From Nitrospinales bacterium (GTDB lineage: Bacteria; Nitrospinota; Nitrospinia; Nitrospinales; VA-1), in NCBI GenBank assembly GCA_965223345.1, contig CBDCWG010000012.1, positions 960,001-1,024,000 of the forward strand: a DNA stretch of 64,000 nt. Reading direction: 5' to 3'. A program made the translations under genes and the position numbers. This document shows positions 50,267 to 59,472 of this stretch, one piece after another; the first letter of the stretch is position 1; each line of letters opens with the position of its first letter. The notes below the pieces were generated by a model. That model searched no databases, was not told the DNA's origin, and was given only the letters and a program-made list of their open reading frames with translations.

Positions 50267-51292
50267 ATGAAATTCACAACAGTCAGCGCGGTCTTCCTTA
50301 CCATGATGGCACTGGTCGCTGCCGGATGCGGCGGAGGCGCTTCGGCCTCCAACACTCTGGCGAGCGAGAAAGACAGCCCCGCTTCCACTCCGGTCAGCGG
50401 CGGCACAAACCGGCCCATGCTCGCTTCGGCCGATCACTCCGGTACGGTGGCGGGGATGAGCAAGGCGCGGTTCAAGAAAACGGTCGCCGTGTCGCGGTTC
50501 GAGAACAAAACCAACGCAAGAGGACAGATCTCGCTGGGCCGCGGGATGTCCGACCAACTGGCCGACGCCCTGGTCAACAGCGGGAATTTCGTCGTGCTGG
50601 AGCGCCAGACTCTGGGCGATGTGCTTTCGGAGCAGGATCTGGCGCGCAGCGGCCGGGCGACCAAATCCAAATCGGCCCAGACGGGCAAGGTCGTGCCCTC
50701 GCAGATCCTGATCAAAGGGACGATCACCGAATTTGAAAGCGAAACCAGCGGCGGCGGTTCCGGAATCAGTTTCAAGGGCATCACGTTGGGGCAGGAATCC
50801 ACCAATGCGCACGTGGGGCTGATGATCCGCATCATCGACACCAGCACCGGTGAAGTGCTGGCGTCCGAGCGCGTGGAAGGCAAAGCCGAATCGGGGGGAA
50901 CGAAAATCGGCCTCAGCAAAGGCGGCTACGGTTTTGAGACTGAAGGGTTCAAGAACACGCCTTTGGGCAAAGCCACACAGATCGCCATCGACCGGGCGGT
51001 GATCAAAATCGTCAAGCAACTGAATGCGCTGCCGTTTGAAGGAAAAATCATCCAGGTCAAGGGTGAAACCATTTACACCAACATCGGCCAAAGAAACGGC
51101 GCCACTCCGGGCGATGTGTTCACGGTGTTTTCCACCGGCGAGGAGATGGTCGATCCCGACACCGGTGAAAGCCTGGGATCGGAAGAGGAAAAGGTCGGCA
51201 CGATCAAGATCACTTCCGTGAAGGAAAAATTTTCCAAAGCGTCCATCGCCAGCGGGCAGGCCTTTGAGAAGGGATTCCTCGTCAAAGAGTGA
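50267..51292 (+). CDS. CsgG/HfaB-family lipoprotein with FlgT-like C-terminal domain
   Basis: Lipobox 'AAGC', 'VAVSRFEN', 'FVVLER', 'GTITEF', 'DPDTGESLG'. Confidence 0.8.
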   Translation: MKFTTVSAVFLTMMALVAAGCGGGASASNTLASEKDSPASTPVSGGTNRPMLASADHSGTVAGMSKARFKKTVAVSRFENKTNARGQISLGRGMSDQLADALVNSGNFVVLERQTLGDVLSEQDLARSGRATKSKSAQTGKVVPSQILIKGTITEFESETSGGGSGISFKGITLGQESTNAHVGLMIRIIDTSTGEVLASERVEGKAESGGTKIGLSKGGYGFETEGFKNTPLGKATQIAIDRAVIKIVKQLNALPFEGKIIQVKGETIYTNIGQRNGATPGDVFTVFSTGEEMVDPDTGESLGSEEEKVGTIKITSVKEKFSKASIASGQAFEKGFLVKE

Positions 51293-51345
51293 ACCCGATT
51301 GAGTTTCACTTCCTTTAACTTTTAAACCGGCTTTGCGAGGATGCG

Positions 51346-51564
51346 ATGAACCGATTGAAATGGGCTGCGTGCATGGGCGTTGTGGCCGTTTTTGTTCTCA
51401 CCGGGTGTGCCGGTGTGAACAAAGGGCTCGATACCGCGAACGAAGGCGCTCATGAGGCGGGCAAACCCGTCGGAAAAGTGATGAAACTTCCCAGCTCCGT
51501 CATGGAAGGGGCTGCGGAAGGGTCGTCCAAAAAAGAAAGTCAGGACAATCCGCTGAACCGGTGA
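51346..51564 (+). CDS. Small lipoprotein
   Basis: Lipobox 'LTGC'; GAGG RBS. Confidence 0.7.
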   Translation: MNRLKWAACMGVVAVFVLTGCAGVNKGLDTANEGAHEAGKPVGKVMKLPSSVMEGAAEGSSKKESQDNPLNR

Positions 51565-52008
51565 CGGGGAGGCTGAGGATCCCTAAGGCTTACGATATTT
51601 CATGATCCCGCGCCCCACGGCTTTGCGGAGGGTCCCGCGGGTTTGGTTGCGCCGGGTCGGCCGGTTTGCTTTCCGGCCCGGTTTTATCCATCCGCGTGTC
51701 GAAAAAGCATTGAATTTCCCCTGCTAGAGAATTTTTCTCAGCGCACGCCCTTCTTTTTCCAACCTCCGAATCACACCTGTTAAAGCTGTTTCCTTTTCTT
51801 AAATTGCAAGCTTGTCACCGGGCTGTTGCCGATTCGTGACAGGGGTTTCGTATGCTGTGGAGGCACAAACTGAAATAGCATGGCGCGCCCTGTCTCTAAA
51901 ACGGGTTGTTGCAGAGACGTTGCTGGCAGCCAGAGAGAAATCGTGGCGTTTTGCAGCCGGAGGGCGCAGGCTGAATAACGCAAATTCAACGGCAATGAGG
52001 AAAACCCA

Positions 52009-53151
52009 ATGGGCGATCGCGGAGATCTTTCCGTATTGATCCTGGATGGAAACTGTCAATTGTCTGTGATGGTGCTTCGCAGTCTGGCAGGGATTCCCAA
52101 CCTGAAAGTGCACGTCCTGGCCAGCTACCCTGAAACCGAGGTGCGTTTCTGCCGTCACCGCGCTTCCTTTCGCCTGCACGCAGAGCCCGCCAACGACGCC
52201 GACTACCTCAAGGCCATTGCTGAGACCGCGCAGGAGGTGAAAGCGGATGTTCTGCTGCCCGTCAGCGCGGTGGGGATCGGGTTTGCGGCGAAACACGCGT
52301 CCGATCTAAAAAAGATCGCAAGGCTCACGACGGTGCCCGATCTTGAAACCTTCGACACCGCCGATGACAAGTGGGAGCTCGCCAGGCTCATGCAACAAGA
52401 AGGGATCCCCGCGCCGCACACCGTCCTTTGCACACGGGACGCCGCGTTTATGCGGGCGCTCGACTCGATGGACTTTCCCGTTCTCATCAAACCCACGCGC
52501 AGCAGTCACGGTACCCGCATCCAGAGTTTCCGGGACCGCGCCTCCCTCACGCGATTTCTCACAGACAATCACGACGATGAGCGCCCCTATATCGTTCAGA
52601 GCCGCATACCGGGCTACGACATCGACTGCAGCGTGCTGTGCAAGGACGGACGCATCCTGGCCCACACCATCCAGAAGGCGCTGATCGAAAATCCGGTGCC
52701 GTTCCGCACGCCTCTGGCGCTGGAGTTTGTGCAGCACGAAGCAGTGTTGAGCGTGGTGCGCCGGCTGATGCGGGCGCTCAACTTCAACGGCGTGGCGCAT
52801 GTGGACCTGCGTGTGGACACAAGCGATGACAGCGTGAAGGTGATCGAGATCAACCCGCGCTATTGGGCCAGCCTGCCCGGTTCGGTGGCGGCGGGCGTGA
52901 ATTTCCCGGAACTGGCCTTGAACCTGGCTCTGGACAAGTCGCTGCCCGATTTTGCATACCGGCCCCGCCGCTACATGGATGCACTGGGTTTGCTGAAAAA
53001 ATGGGCCCACCGCGCATCGGGCGTGCGCGTGCCTGCGTTCCGGTTTTCAGAGATCGGGTGGGATTCCCTGTTTTCCGATCCGCTCCCGTCTCTGTGGATG
53101 AGCTGGAAAAAAATATGGAAGCCTTTTGTGCGGCGGGTCAAGGCGGGATGA
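52009..53151 (+). CDS. ATP-grasp domain protein (carboxylate-amine ligase-like)
   Basis: 'DDKW', 'FPVLIKP', 'IVQ..IPG', 'IEINPRYW'. Confidence 0.82.
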   Translation: MGDRGDLSVLILDGNCQLSVMVLRSLAGIPNLKVHVLASYPETEVRFCRHRASFRLHAEPANDADYLKAIAETAQEVKADVLLPVSAVGIGFAAKHASDLKKIARLTTVPDLETFDTADDKWELARLMQQEGIPAPHTVLCTRDAAFMRALDSMDFPVLIKPTRSSHGTRIQSFRDRASLTRFLTDNHDDERPYIVQSRIPGYDIDCSVLCKDGRILAHTIQKALIENPVPFRTPLALEFVQHEAVLSVVRRLMRALNFNGVAHVDLRVDTSDDSVKVIEINPRYWASLPGSVAAGVNFPELALNLALDKSLPDFAYRPRRYMDALGLLKKWAHRASGVRVPAFRFSEIGWDSLFSDPLPSLWMSWKKIWKPFVRRVKAG

Positions 53152-53180
53152 TGCAGAGAAGCGGGATGATGCAGAGAAGC
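53143..53180 (+). repeat. Perfect 18-bp tandem duplication over the ATP-grasp stop codon
   Basis: gcgggatgatgcagagaa x2. Confidence 0.85.
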
Positions 53181-53244
53181 TGCGATTGATCTATACTGAG
53201 TCCCGCACCACCCAACACAGATCGGGGAGGCCGTCCGAATCATC

Positions 53245-53706
53245 ATGCATCGAAACATAATCGGGTTCCATCAGGACGAGCAGGCGGACTGGGTTGCGGA
53301 TCTGGACTGCGGGCACGGCCAGCACACACGGCATCAGCCGCCGTTTCAAATCCGCCCCTGGGTGCAGAGCGAGGCGGGGCGGGCTTCGAAAATCGGGGAG
53401 ACGTTGAATTGCGTGCGCTGCGACCGGCTGGAAATTCCGGATGATTTCCTGCCCTTCAAGAAAACCCCCGAATTCAACCGGGACACGCTCCCCGAAGGGT
53501 TGAAGGCCAACCACAAAACCGCCCCCGGCATCTGGGCGCGCATTCATGTCCTCGAAGGGCAGCTCACCTATCGCATCGCCGATCCCGTCAACCAAACCTT
53601 CCATCTGAATCCCGATCAGCCCGGCACCGTCCTGCCGGAAATCCTCCACCACGTCGAAGCCGATGCGGCCGTTCGATTCTATGTGGAGTTTTACCGCAAA
53701 CAGTGA
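53245..53706 (+). CDS. DUF3565 + DUF1971 (TehB/YeaR-type cupin) fusion protein
   Basis: 'GFHQDE..DWVADLDCGHGQHTRHQPP...CVRCD' followed by 'KTPEF....LP....HKT..GIW.....EG.L'. Confidence 0.7.
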   Translation: MHRNIIGFHQDEQADWVADLDCGHGQHTRHQPPFQIRPWVQSEAGRASKIGETLNCVRCDRLEIPDDFLPFKKTPEFNRDTLPEGLKANHKTAPGIWARIHVLEGQLTYRIADPVNQTFHLNPDQPGTVLPEILHHVEADAAVRFYVEFYRKQ

Positions 53707-53765
53707 GCCTTAGAGTGAGACCGGCTGCCTCGATCCCGTATCCGTTGCGCTGCTGTTGAAATCGT

Positions 53766-54266
53766 CTAGCGCGATCCTTCGATGGTCATGGGCAGCGGCA
53801 CTTTGTCTTTGCAGGCCCCGCCTGGGTTGAGCCCGCACTCATGTTGCCGCAACAACTCCGATTGCAATATTCTTTTGTTCCCGCGCGCATACCGGCGGGC
53901 TGCGTGAAACTGTTTGGCGGCTGGTTCGTGCTGGCCGGATTTGTGCAGACCCAAAGCCAGGTTGTAGTGCAGAATTCCCTGGCTCGGATCCCTCAACTGC
54001 TGCGCCAGGTTCAAGGCTTTTTTAAATTGCTCCCCGGCTTTTTCGTGCTCACCCTGTTGATAAAACCGGATGCCCTGGTTGTTGATTCGATCGATCTCAA
54101 GATCGAAATTCCTGGAACCTTCTGTTTTGGGTAGTTTCAATGGAACTTCATCGTCACTCCATGCCGGGACGCACAAGGCCGCCCATAAAATCAATACAAG
54201 GAGGACAATCTCAGCCAATCTGCCAAGCAGCGTGATTTTGTTATTTGTGATTTCATCTATGTTCAT
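53766..54266 (-). CDS. Exported TPR protein
   Basis: TM/signal segment, 'NNQG..FY', 'HYNLAL'; ATGA overlap with upstream gene. Confidence 0.72.
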   Translation of the reverse strand: MNIDEITNNKITLLGRLAEIVLLVLILWAALCVPAWSDDEVPLKLPKTEGSRNFDLEIDRINNQGIRFYQQGEHEKAGEQFKKALNLAQQLRDPSQGILHYNLALGLHKSGQHEPAAKQFHAARRYARGNKRILQSELLRQHECGLNPGGACKDKVPLPMTIEGSR

Positions 54267-54538
54267 TGTTTTATCGCCCAGTGATTGTCTTTCATGCAAT
54301 GTTGAAACAGGGATTTCTTTCTGTTGAACCGCTCTCCGGCGCCCTCACTGCCTTCGCCGGGTTTCAGGTTTTGATCGACAAAACGCTGACATTCTTTGAC
54401 GTCTTTGAGAAACTCTTTTTTTCCTTTTTGTTTTTCGTCGCTATAAGACAGGTAATCGGTCTCCATCTGACATCCGGAATGATAGATTCCGACGAAACAA
54501 AAAAACAGCATCGAGGCAATCGATTTGTTGAATCGCAT
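54263..54538 (-). CDS. Putative small lipoprotein
   Basis: Hydrophobic N-terminus with 'SGC'; 'KEC...FQHCM...W'. Confidence 0.65.
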   Translation of the reverse strand: MRFNKSIASMLFFCFVGIYHSGCQMETDYLSYSDEKQKGKKEFLKDVKECQRFVDQNLKPGEGSEGAGERFNRKKSLFQHCMKDNHWAIKQ

Positions 54539-54587
54539 GGTTTTGTTCTGAAGCTTTCTTCTGCAAGCCGGAGTGTTTTTGAGGGGG

Positions 54588-55394
54588 CTAGCGCGCGCAA
54601 CGAAAACCAATGCCATCGGTTTTGAGCGCGAACCCGCCTTTCCCCCTCGATGCGGCACGAATGTCGGCTTGAAAGCTGTGCCAGGAGCCTCCCTTGATGA
54701 CTTTCAATATTCCTTCTCCCGGCCCCCTGGGATTTTTGTCCGGTGCTTTTGATAAATATCCGGGGTCGTACCAGTCCTGCACCCATTCGCGGGCATTCCC
54801 TGCCAGGTCTTTGATCCCGTAAGGCGAAGCGGTTTCACCATGCGAGCCCACCGGCCATAGGGTCTGAGCCCCTTGCCAGTCTCTTGCAAAATTAACCGTG
54901 TTTCGAGAGGGAGGTTGCGAACCCCAGGGGTAAACCCGTCCCTGTTCGCCGCGTGCGGCTTTTTCCCATTCCGCCTCGGTGGGCAGGCGTTTTCCCGCCC
55001 AGCGGCAATAATCCACTGCGTCGTACCAGGTCACCTGAACGACGGGCAGTTTGCCAACGCCAGGTTCTTGCGACAGCAATCCCGATCCGTAAGGATTGAG
55101 GGGTTCTTTGCGCCCGGTCGTGTGGATGAATTTCAGATAACGCTCATTGGTGACTTCAACCACATCGATTTCATAGCTGTCCAGATAAATGCTCCTTTGT
55201 GGGCGTTCGTCCGCCCTTCCGGTTGCCTGTTTGCTGCCCATCAGAAATTTCCCCTGCGGGATGGTGCGCATCTCGACCGGATCTCTGTTTGATGATTTGG
55301 GTGTGTCCTCTTTGCCGGTGTTTTTAAAACCGCTGAGCAGCACGACCTGGATCATCAGAATGAGTGGAATTAAAATTTTGCTGAGTGCTTTCAT
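54588..55394 (-). CDS. FGE/SUMF1-EgtB-PvdO-family domain protein, exported
   Basis: 'G.FLMGS', 'EVTN', 'RLPTEAEWEKAARG', 'GNAREW', 'KGGSW', 'GFRC'. Confidence 0.9.
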   Translation of the reverse strand: MKALSKILIPLILMIQVVLLSGFKNTGKEDTPKSSNRDPVEMRTIPQGKFLMGSKQATGRADERPQRSIYLDSYEIDVVEVTNERYLKFIHTTGRKEPLNPYGSGLLSQEPGVGKLPVVQVTWYDAVDYCRWAGKRLPTEAEWEKAARGEQGRVYPWGSQPPSRNTVNFARDWQGAQTLWPVGSHGETASPYGIKDLAGNAREWVQDWYDPGYLSKAPDKNPRGPGEGILKVIKGGSWHSFQADIRAASRGKGGFALKTDGIGFRCAR

Positions 55395-55762
55395 TTTTTT
55401 GACTCAAGACTTTGGGTTATGACTGCATGCGTGATTTGTTTGATCTGATGGATGAGCATTTCGACCCTTTTCGTGTCGTTCCTGTCTTCCGCATCGTACG
55501 CTTCAGCCAGAAGCGTGCGCGATTTGTGCAGGTTCTTTTCCAACACCGTCTGGATTTGCGGCGATGCCAGCGTGCCTGCCAATGCAGCATGATGATAGGT
55601 TTCCCATGCCTGTTCGACGGCCAGCCGCGCCTGAGTTGTTTGATTGAAGGTGGGCTCGCCTTTGCTGTCCTCCCCATACCCCATTGCCGGAATCATGAAC
55701 GACAAGGACAGCCATAACAGGATTAAAGCCCGGGCATATAGATTGTGTTCGATCTGCGGCAT
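55391..55762 (-). CDS. Exported helical hypothetical protein
   Basis: Signal segment; ATGA-coupled to downstream FGE gene. Confidence 0.65.
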   Translation of the reverse strand: MPQIEHNLYARALILLWLSLSFMIPAMGYGEDSKGEPTFNQTTQARLAVEQAWETYHHAALAGTLASPQIQTVLEKNLHKSRTLLAEAYDAEDRNDTKRVEMLIHQIKQITHAVITQSLESKK

Positions 55763-55860
55763 GATGCAATCACCTGAGTATTGTTGGTTGAATCCTGTTT
55801 TACGGATGAAAGAGGAGGGGATGGAGCCCCTCCTCCTTGATACAGCTTCAAAAGCCAGGA

Positions 55861-56925
55861 TCATTGAATCTGCTTCTGAATCATTTCCTTCAGTTTCAGA
55901 TATTCCGGATTCGCAGTGTCCTGGTTCAGCGCTTTTTCAATGGCCTTCATCGCCTGTGGGTATTTTTCCGCACCCATGTTGATCAGGGCGTCCATGTAAA
56001 ATGCCCGCGCTTGCAGCATCGATTCGTTTTCCGCACTGCGTGCGCAGCGAAATCCGAGCCCCACGCCATAGCTGTTGTTCATGGGATCGTTCCAGAATCG
56101 GTGCGTCGTGGTGATGCTCTCAACGGGGGTGTACCAGGAACCGCCGCGGATGACCCGTTTTTTGCCCGTGGCAATCCGGTCCACATAGGTTCCGGTGGCA
56201 CTCAGAAAAACGCCATCTTCTGGCCCGGTCGGGTTGACGACCACTTTGGAGGTTTTGTAGTAATTGGGATCGTACCAGTCCGCGGTCCATTCAAAGACAT
56301 TTCCCGCCATATTGTAGACTCCGTATCCGCTTTTGCCCTCGGGGTAGGCATCCACATTGGCGGTGAATTCCTTCTTGCGCCCGTAGTTCGATTTGCTCGG
56401 ATCCATTTCGTTGCCCCAGGGATACTTGAATTTTTGCGGTCCGCTTGCGGCCTTCTCCCACTCCGCCTCGGTGGGCAGACGCTTGTTGGCCCAGTTGCAG
56501 AAGGCTTTGGCATCGTGCCAGTTGACCCCGCTGACGGGTTGATCCGGTTTGTTGCGGCGGTGGTCATCCCAATAGGCGGGGGCGGCATGTCCCGTTGCCT
56601 TCATGAATTCCCCATACTGCTTGTTGGACACTTCGTAGATGTCCATATAGAACGGGTCGAGGATAACATTGCGTGCCGGGCCTTCGTCGTGGAAGGCTTC
56701 GCGCGAGACAGCGTATCTCAACTGTTGCCGTTTGGACATTTTTTCTGTATCGACGTTGACTTCCCGATCGACACCCATGAGAAACGGGCCCGCAGGAATG
56801 AGGACCATGTTTTCCGGAACATCGGCGTCGCGGGAAAAAACCGTTGCCGGGGAAACCAGTCCGACAAACAGGAACAGGGGAAACGATCCATTTTGCTTTT
56901 TTACAATCCCATCGACTTTTTCACG
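55861..56925 (-). CDS. FGE/SUMF1-family domain protein with C-terminal TPR; 5' end apparently frameshifted
   Basis: 'RLPTEAEWEKAA', 'GNVFEW', 'RGGSW', 'GFRC'; strong AAAGGAG RBS with GTG near 56925 out of frame with the signal peptide. Confidence 0.85.
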   Translation of the reverse strand, partial: REKVDGIVKKQNGSFPLFLFVGLVSPATVFSRDADVPENMVLIPAGPFLMGVDREVNVDTEKMSKRQQLRYAVSREAFHDEGPARNVILDPFYMDIYEVSNKQYGEFMKATGHAAPAYWDDHRRNKPDQPVSGVNWHDAKAFCNWANKRLPTEAEWEKAASGPQKFKYPWGNEMDPSKSNYGRKKEFTANVDAYPEGKSGYGVYNMAGNVFEWTADWYDPNYYKTSKVVVNPTGPEDGVFLSATGTYVDRIATGKKRVIRGGSWYTPVESITTTHRFWNDPMNNSYGVGLGFRCARSAENESMLQARAFYMDALINMGAEKYPQAMKAIEKALNQDTANPEYLKLKEMIQKQIQ

Positions 56926-56952
56926 ACGTTCTCCTTTATCGCTGAGTTTAAA

Positions 56953-57060
56953 TCATTGGAGTGTCATTTCACGGTCACGCTTGATGGTGGATGCTGAGCG
57001 GAAGTGTTGGTGAGGCACAGGGTTCTCCTTCGCATTGTGTTTCGAATTCCTGAATTGCAT
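56953..57060 (-). CDS. 35-aa small ORF
   Basis: AAGGAGG RBS; MQFRNSKHNAKENPVPHQHFRSASTIKRDREMTLQ. Confidence 0.4.
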   Translation of the reverse strand: MQFRNSKHNAKENPVPHQHFRSASTIKRDREMTLQ

Positions 57061-57423
57061 GGTTTGACCTCCTTGCAATGTTGTGATCAAAAAAACCGAT
57101 TCCAGACACCGGTTGAAGACGTATCCATTCGAACGGACTGGAAACGGGAGTTGAGTGGCTATCCCTGGTTGTGTTTTCTGCCGATCGCCGTCGTTTTCCG
57201 CAGAGAAGGAAAAAGCGGTGTCTGATTCTTTGAGCTTGGAATGAGATCCACACGATTTCCGCAAAGCAGGCAGCGCTGGACCGTCCTGGTCCAATTCTGT
57301 GTCCCATCCCCGAATCACGTATCCCTGGCAGCGATTGCACTGGGTTGAGCCCGTTTTGCCCGGCTTGTCCTTTGACTTTGTGTTGGTTATCTTTATATGG
57401 TCCTCATGGATCGCCACCTTTTT

Positions 57424-57535
57424 TGTCTAATGTTTGTTGAGTGTTGTTGTAGACAGTTTTAGTATTTTGTCTAGATATTGTCAATAGTTTTTTTTAAAAA
57501 AGTTTTGACAAACATTAGACATTGCTGGATAGTCT
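57424..57535. promoter_or_regulatory. Divergent promoters with CarH-type 11-bp TnnACA operator repeats
   Basis: Plus: TTGACA 57505, TAGACA 57516; minus: TTGACA 57479-84, TAGACA 57468-73, TCAACA 57435-40, TAGACA 57424-29 (minus set all in 11-bp phase). Confidence 0.7.
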
Positions 57536-57541
57536 GCGACT

Positions 57542-58450
57542 ATGAAAACCTACAGAATCAACCAGGTTGCGAAAATGACAGGCCTGTCCAAGGAGGTCCT
57601 GCGCGTGTGGGGAAAAACGCTACCGGTCTGGTCTTTCCGCAAAGGGGAGCGAACCGCTATCGGCTTTACAGCGAAGGAGGATGTGACGGTATTGCAAGTA
57701 CCTGGCGAAGGAAATCGATCAGGGCCAGTCCATCGGCGAGTTGGCCTCGCTGGGGAGGGAGGAAATCGCGGCCCGGATCGATGCCGAGGCGAGTGACACG
57801 GCGGATGGGAATGACAACAGCACCGGATCCTTTGATCAGGGATCTGGGAAAGATTCCTCATGCCGCTCGATCGAGTCACTTTTCGATAAAAAGTTGAACG
57901 AAATTATTTCTCTGCTGCCCTTTGAGGAAGTGTTCAAGCGGGTGCTGATTCCCTTACAAATTCGAACCGGGGAGCTGTGGTTTGAAGGGAAAATCGGGAT
58001 TGCAGTCGAGCATTATGTGACGACCCAGGTGAAGCAAAAACTGTTCGCGGTCATGAACATGCTGGGCAATCAGGAAGGACCCCAGGTCGTCATCGCGTGT
58101 CCCCCGTGGGAGCCGCATGAGATCGGGGCGCAAATGGTCGCCTACCATTGTTCCACTTTGAAATGCCAGGCCATTCTTTTGGGGGCAAACCTGCCTTTGC
58201 AGGATTTGATCGATTTTTGCACACGGGACAATCCGGATGCGGTCGTTCTGTCTTTCACCTCGCCCGTCAGCGAAAAAAAGGCCCGGGTGTTTTTTGCGGA
58301 ACTATCCAGCCAGATTTCTCCATTTGCCCTGTCTGGGCCGGCGGCCAGGCGCTCGTGGGGATGGAGTCGTTGTTTCAAAAACCGAATTTCAAGATCGTGA
58401 ACGAGTTGTCGTCTTTGAATACATTGTTGAATGAGCTGGAATCCAAGTAG
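57542..58450 (+). pseudogene. carH: MerR-family regulator with B12-binding domain (CarH/LitR-like), several frameshifts
   Basis: HTH 'YRINQVAKMTGLSKEVLRVW', 'NRYRLYS' in another frame, 'GELW...AVEH', 'CPPWEPHEIG', 'LGANLP', 'VWAGGQ' in a third segment. Confidence 0.8.
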
Positions 58451-58518
58451 TGCCGGTTTTTTCTTGCAAGTGGGAATGAGACAATGATTCACAAAACCGC
58501 AATTCTTAAAGCCACAGT

Positions 58519-59472
58519 GTGATGGATAAAATCAACGTCGGCATCAGCAGCTGCCTGTTGGGGGAAAAGGTGCGCTGGAACGGCGATCACAAACAGAACT
58601 GGTACGCCAAGGAAATTCTGGGGGCCTATTTCGAGTATTTCCCGGTCTGTCCGGAAGTGGAAGTGGGCATGGGCGTTCCCCGGGAAACCGTGCACCTTAA
58701 GGGAAGCAAGGAATCGCCCGCCATGGTGGGAACGAAAACCGGCAAAGACTGGACGCGGAAGATGGCGCGTTTCAGCGCCGATAAAGTCAAGGAACTGGCC
58801 AGGCTCAAACTGTGCGGATTCATTTTTCAGAAAAAATCCCCCTCCTGCGGATTGTTCCGCGTTCCGCTTTATCCGCATTCGGGAAAACAGGCGATCTCCC
58901 AGGGCCGGGGGATGTTCGCGCAAGCGTTCACCGATCATTTCCCGCTGATTCCCGCAGAGGAAGAGGGACGCCTGAACGACCCCAGGATCCGCGAGAATTT
59001 CATCATCCGCGTCTTCAGCTATTTTCGTCTGCAGAAATTATTCGAGGCACGTTTTTCGCGTGGCGCGTTGGTTAGGTTTCACACCGCCCAGAAGTTTCTG
59101 CTCTTGGCGCACAGTCGGAAACACTACGACGCGCTGGGAAGGCTGGTGGCGCAGGCCAAGCAGCTATCGCAGGCCAGCTTGAAGGATCAGTATGCGAGTT
59201 TGTTCATGCAGGCGCTCGGTTTCAAATCCACCGCCAAGAAAAACACCGATGTGCTGCTGCACATGCTGGGCTTTCTGAAAAAGAACCTATCCGCCAGCGA
59301 AAAAAAGGACATCCTGTCCACCGTCGAGGATTACAGAAACGAGCTGGTTCCCCTGATCGTGCCCCTCACCCTGATCCGGCATCACGTGAACACCCACAAC
59401 ATCGAATACCTGTCCGACCAGGTCTACCTGAACCCGCACCCCAAGGAACTGATGCTTCGCAACCACGTTTGA
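58519..59472 (+). CDS. ybgA: YbgA-family protein (DUF523 thiouracil-desulfidase-like + DUF1722)
   Basis: 'ISSCLLGEKVRWNGDH', 'CPEVEVGMGVPR', 'KSPSCG', 'EEEGRLND', 'YLNPHPKELMLRN'. Confidence 0.88.
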   Translation: MMDKINVGISSCLLGEKVRWNGDHKQNWYAKEILGAYFEYFPVCPEVEVGMGVPRETVHLKGSKESPAMVGTKTGKDWTRKMARFSADKVKELARLKLCGFIFQKKSPSCGLFRVPLYPHSGKQAISQGRGMFAQAFTDHFPLIPAEEEGRLNDPRIRENFIIRVFSYFRLQKLFEARFSRGALVRFHTAQKFLLLAHSRKHYDALGRLVAQAKQLSQASLKDQYASLFMQALGFKSTAKKNTDVLLHMLGFLKKNLSASEKKDILSTVEDYRNELVPLIVPLTLIRHHVNTHNIEYLSDQVYLNPHPKELMLRNHV

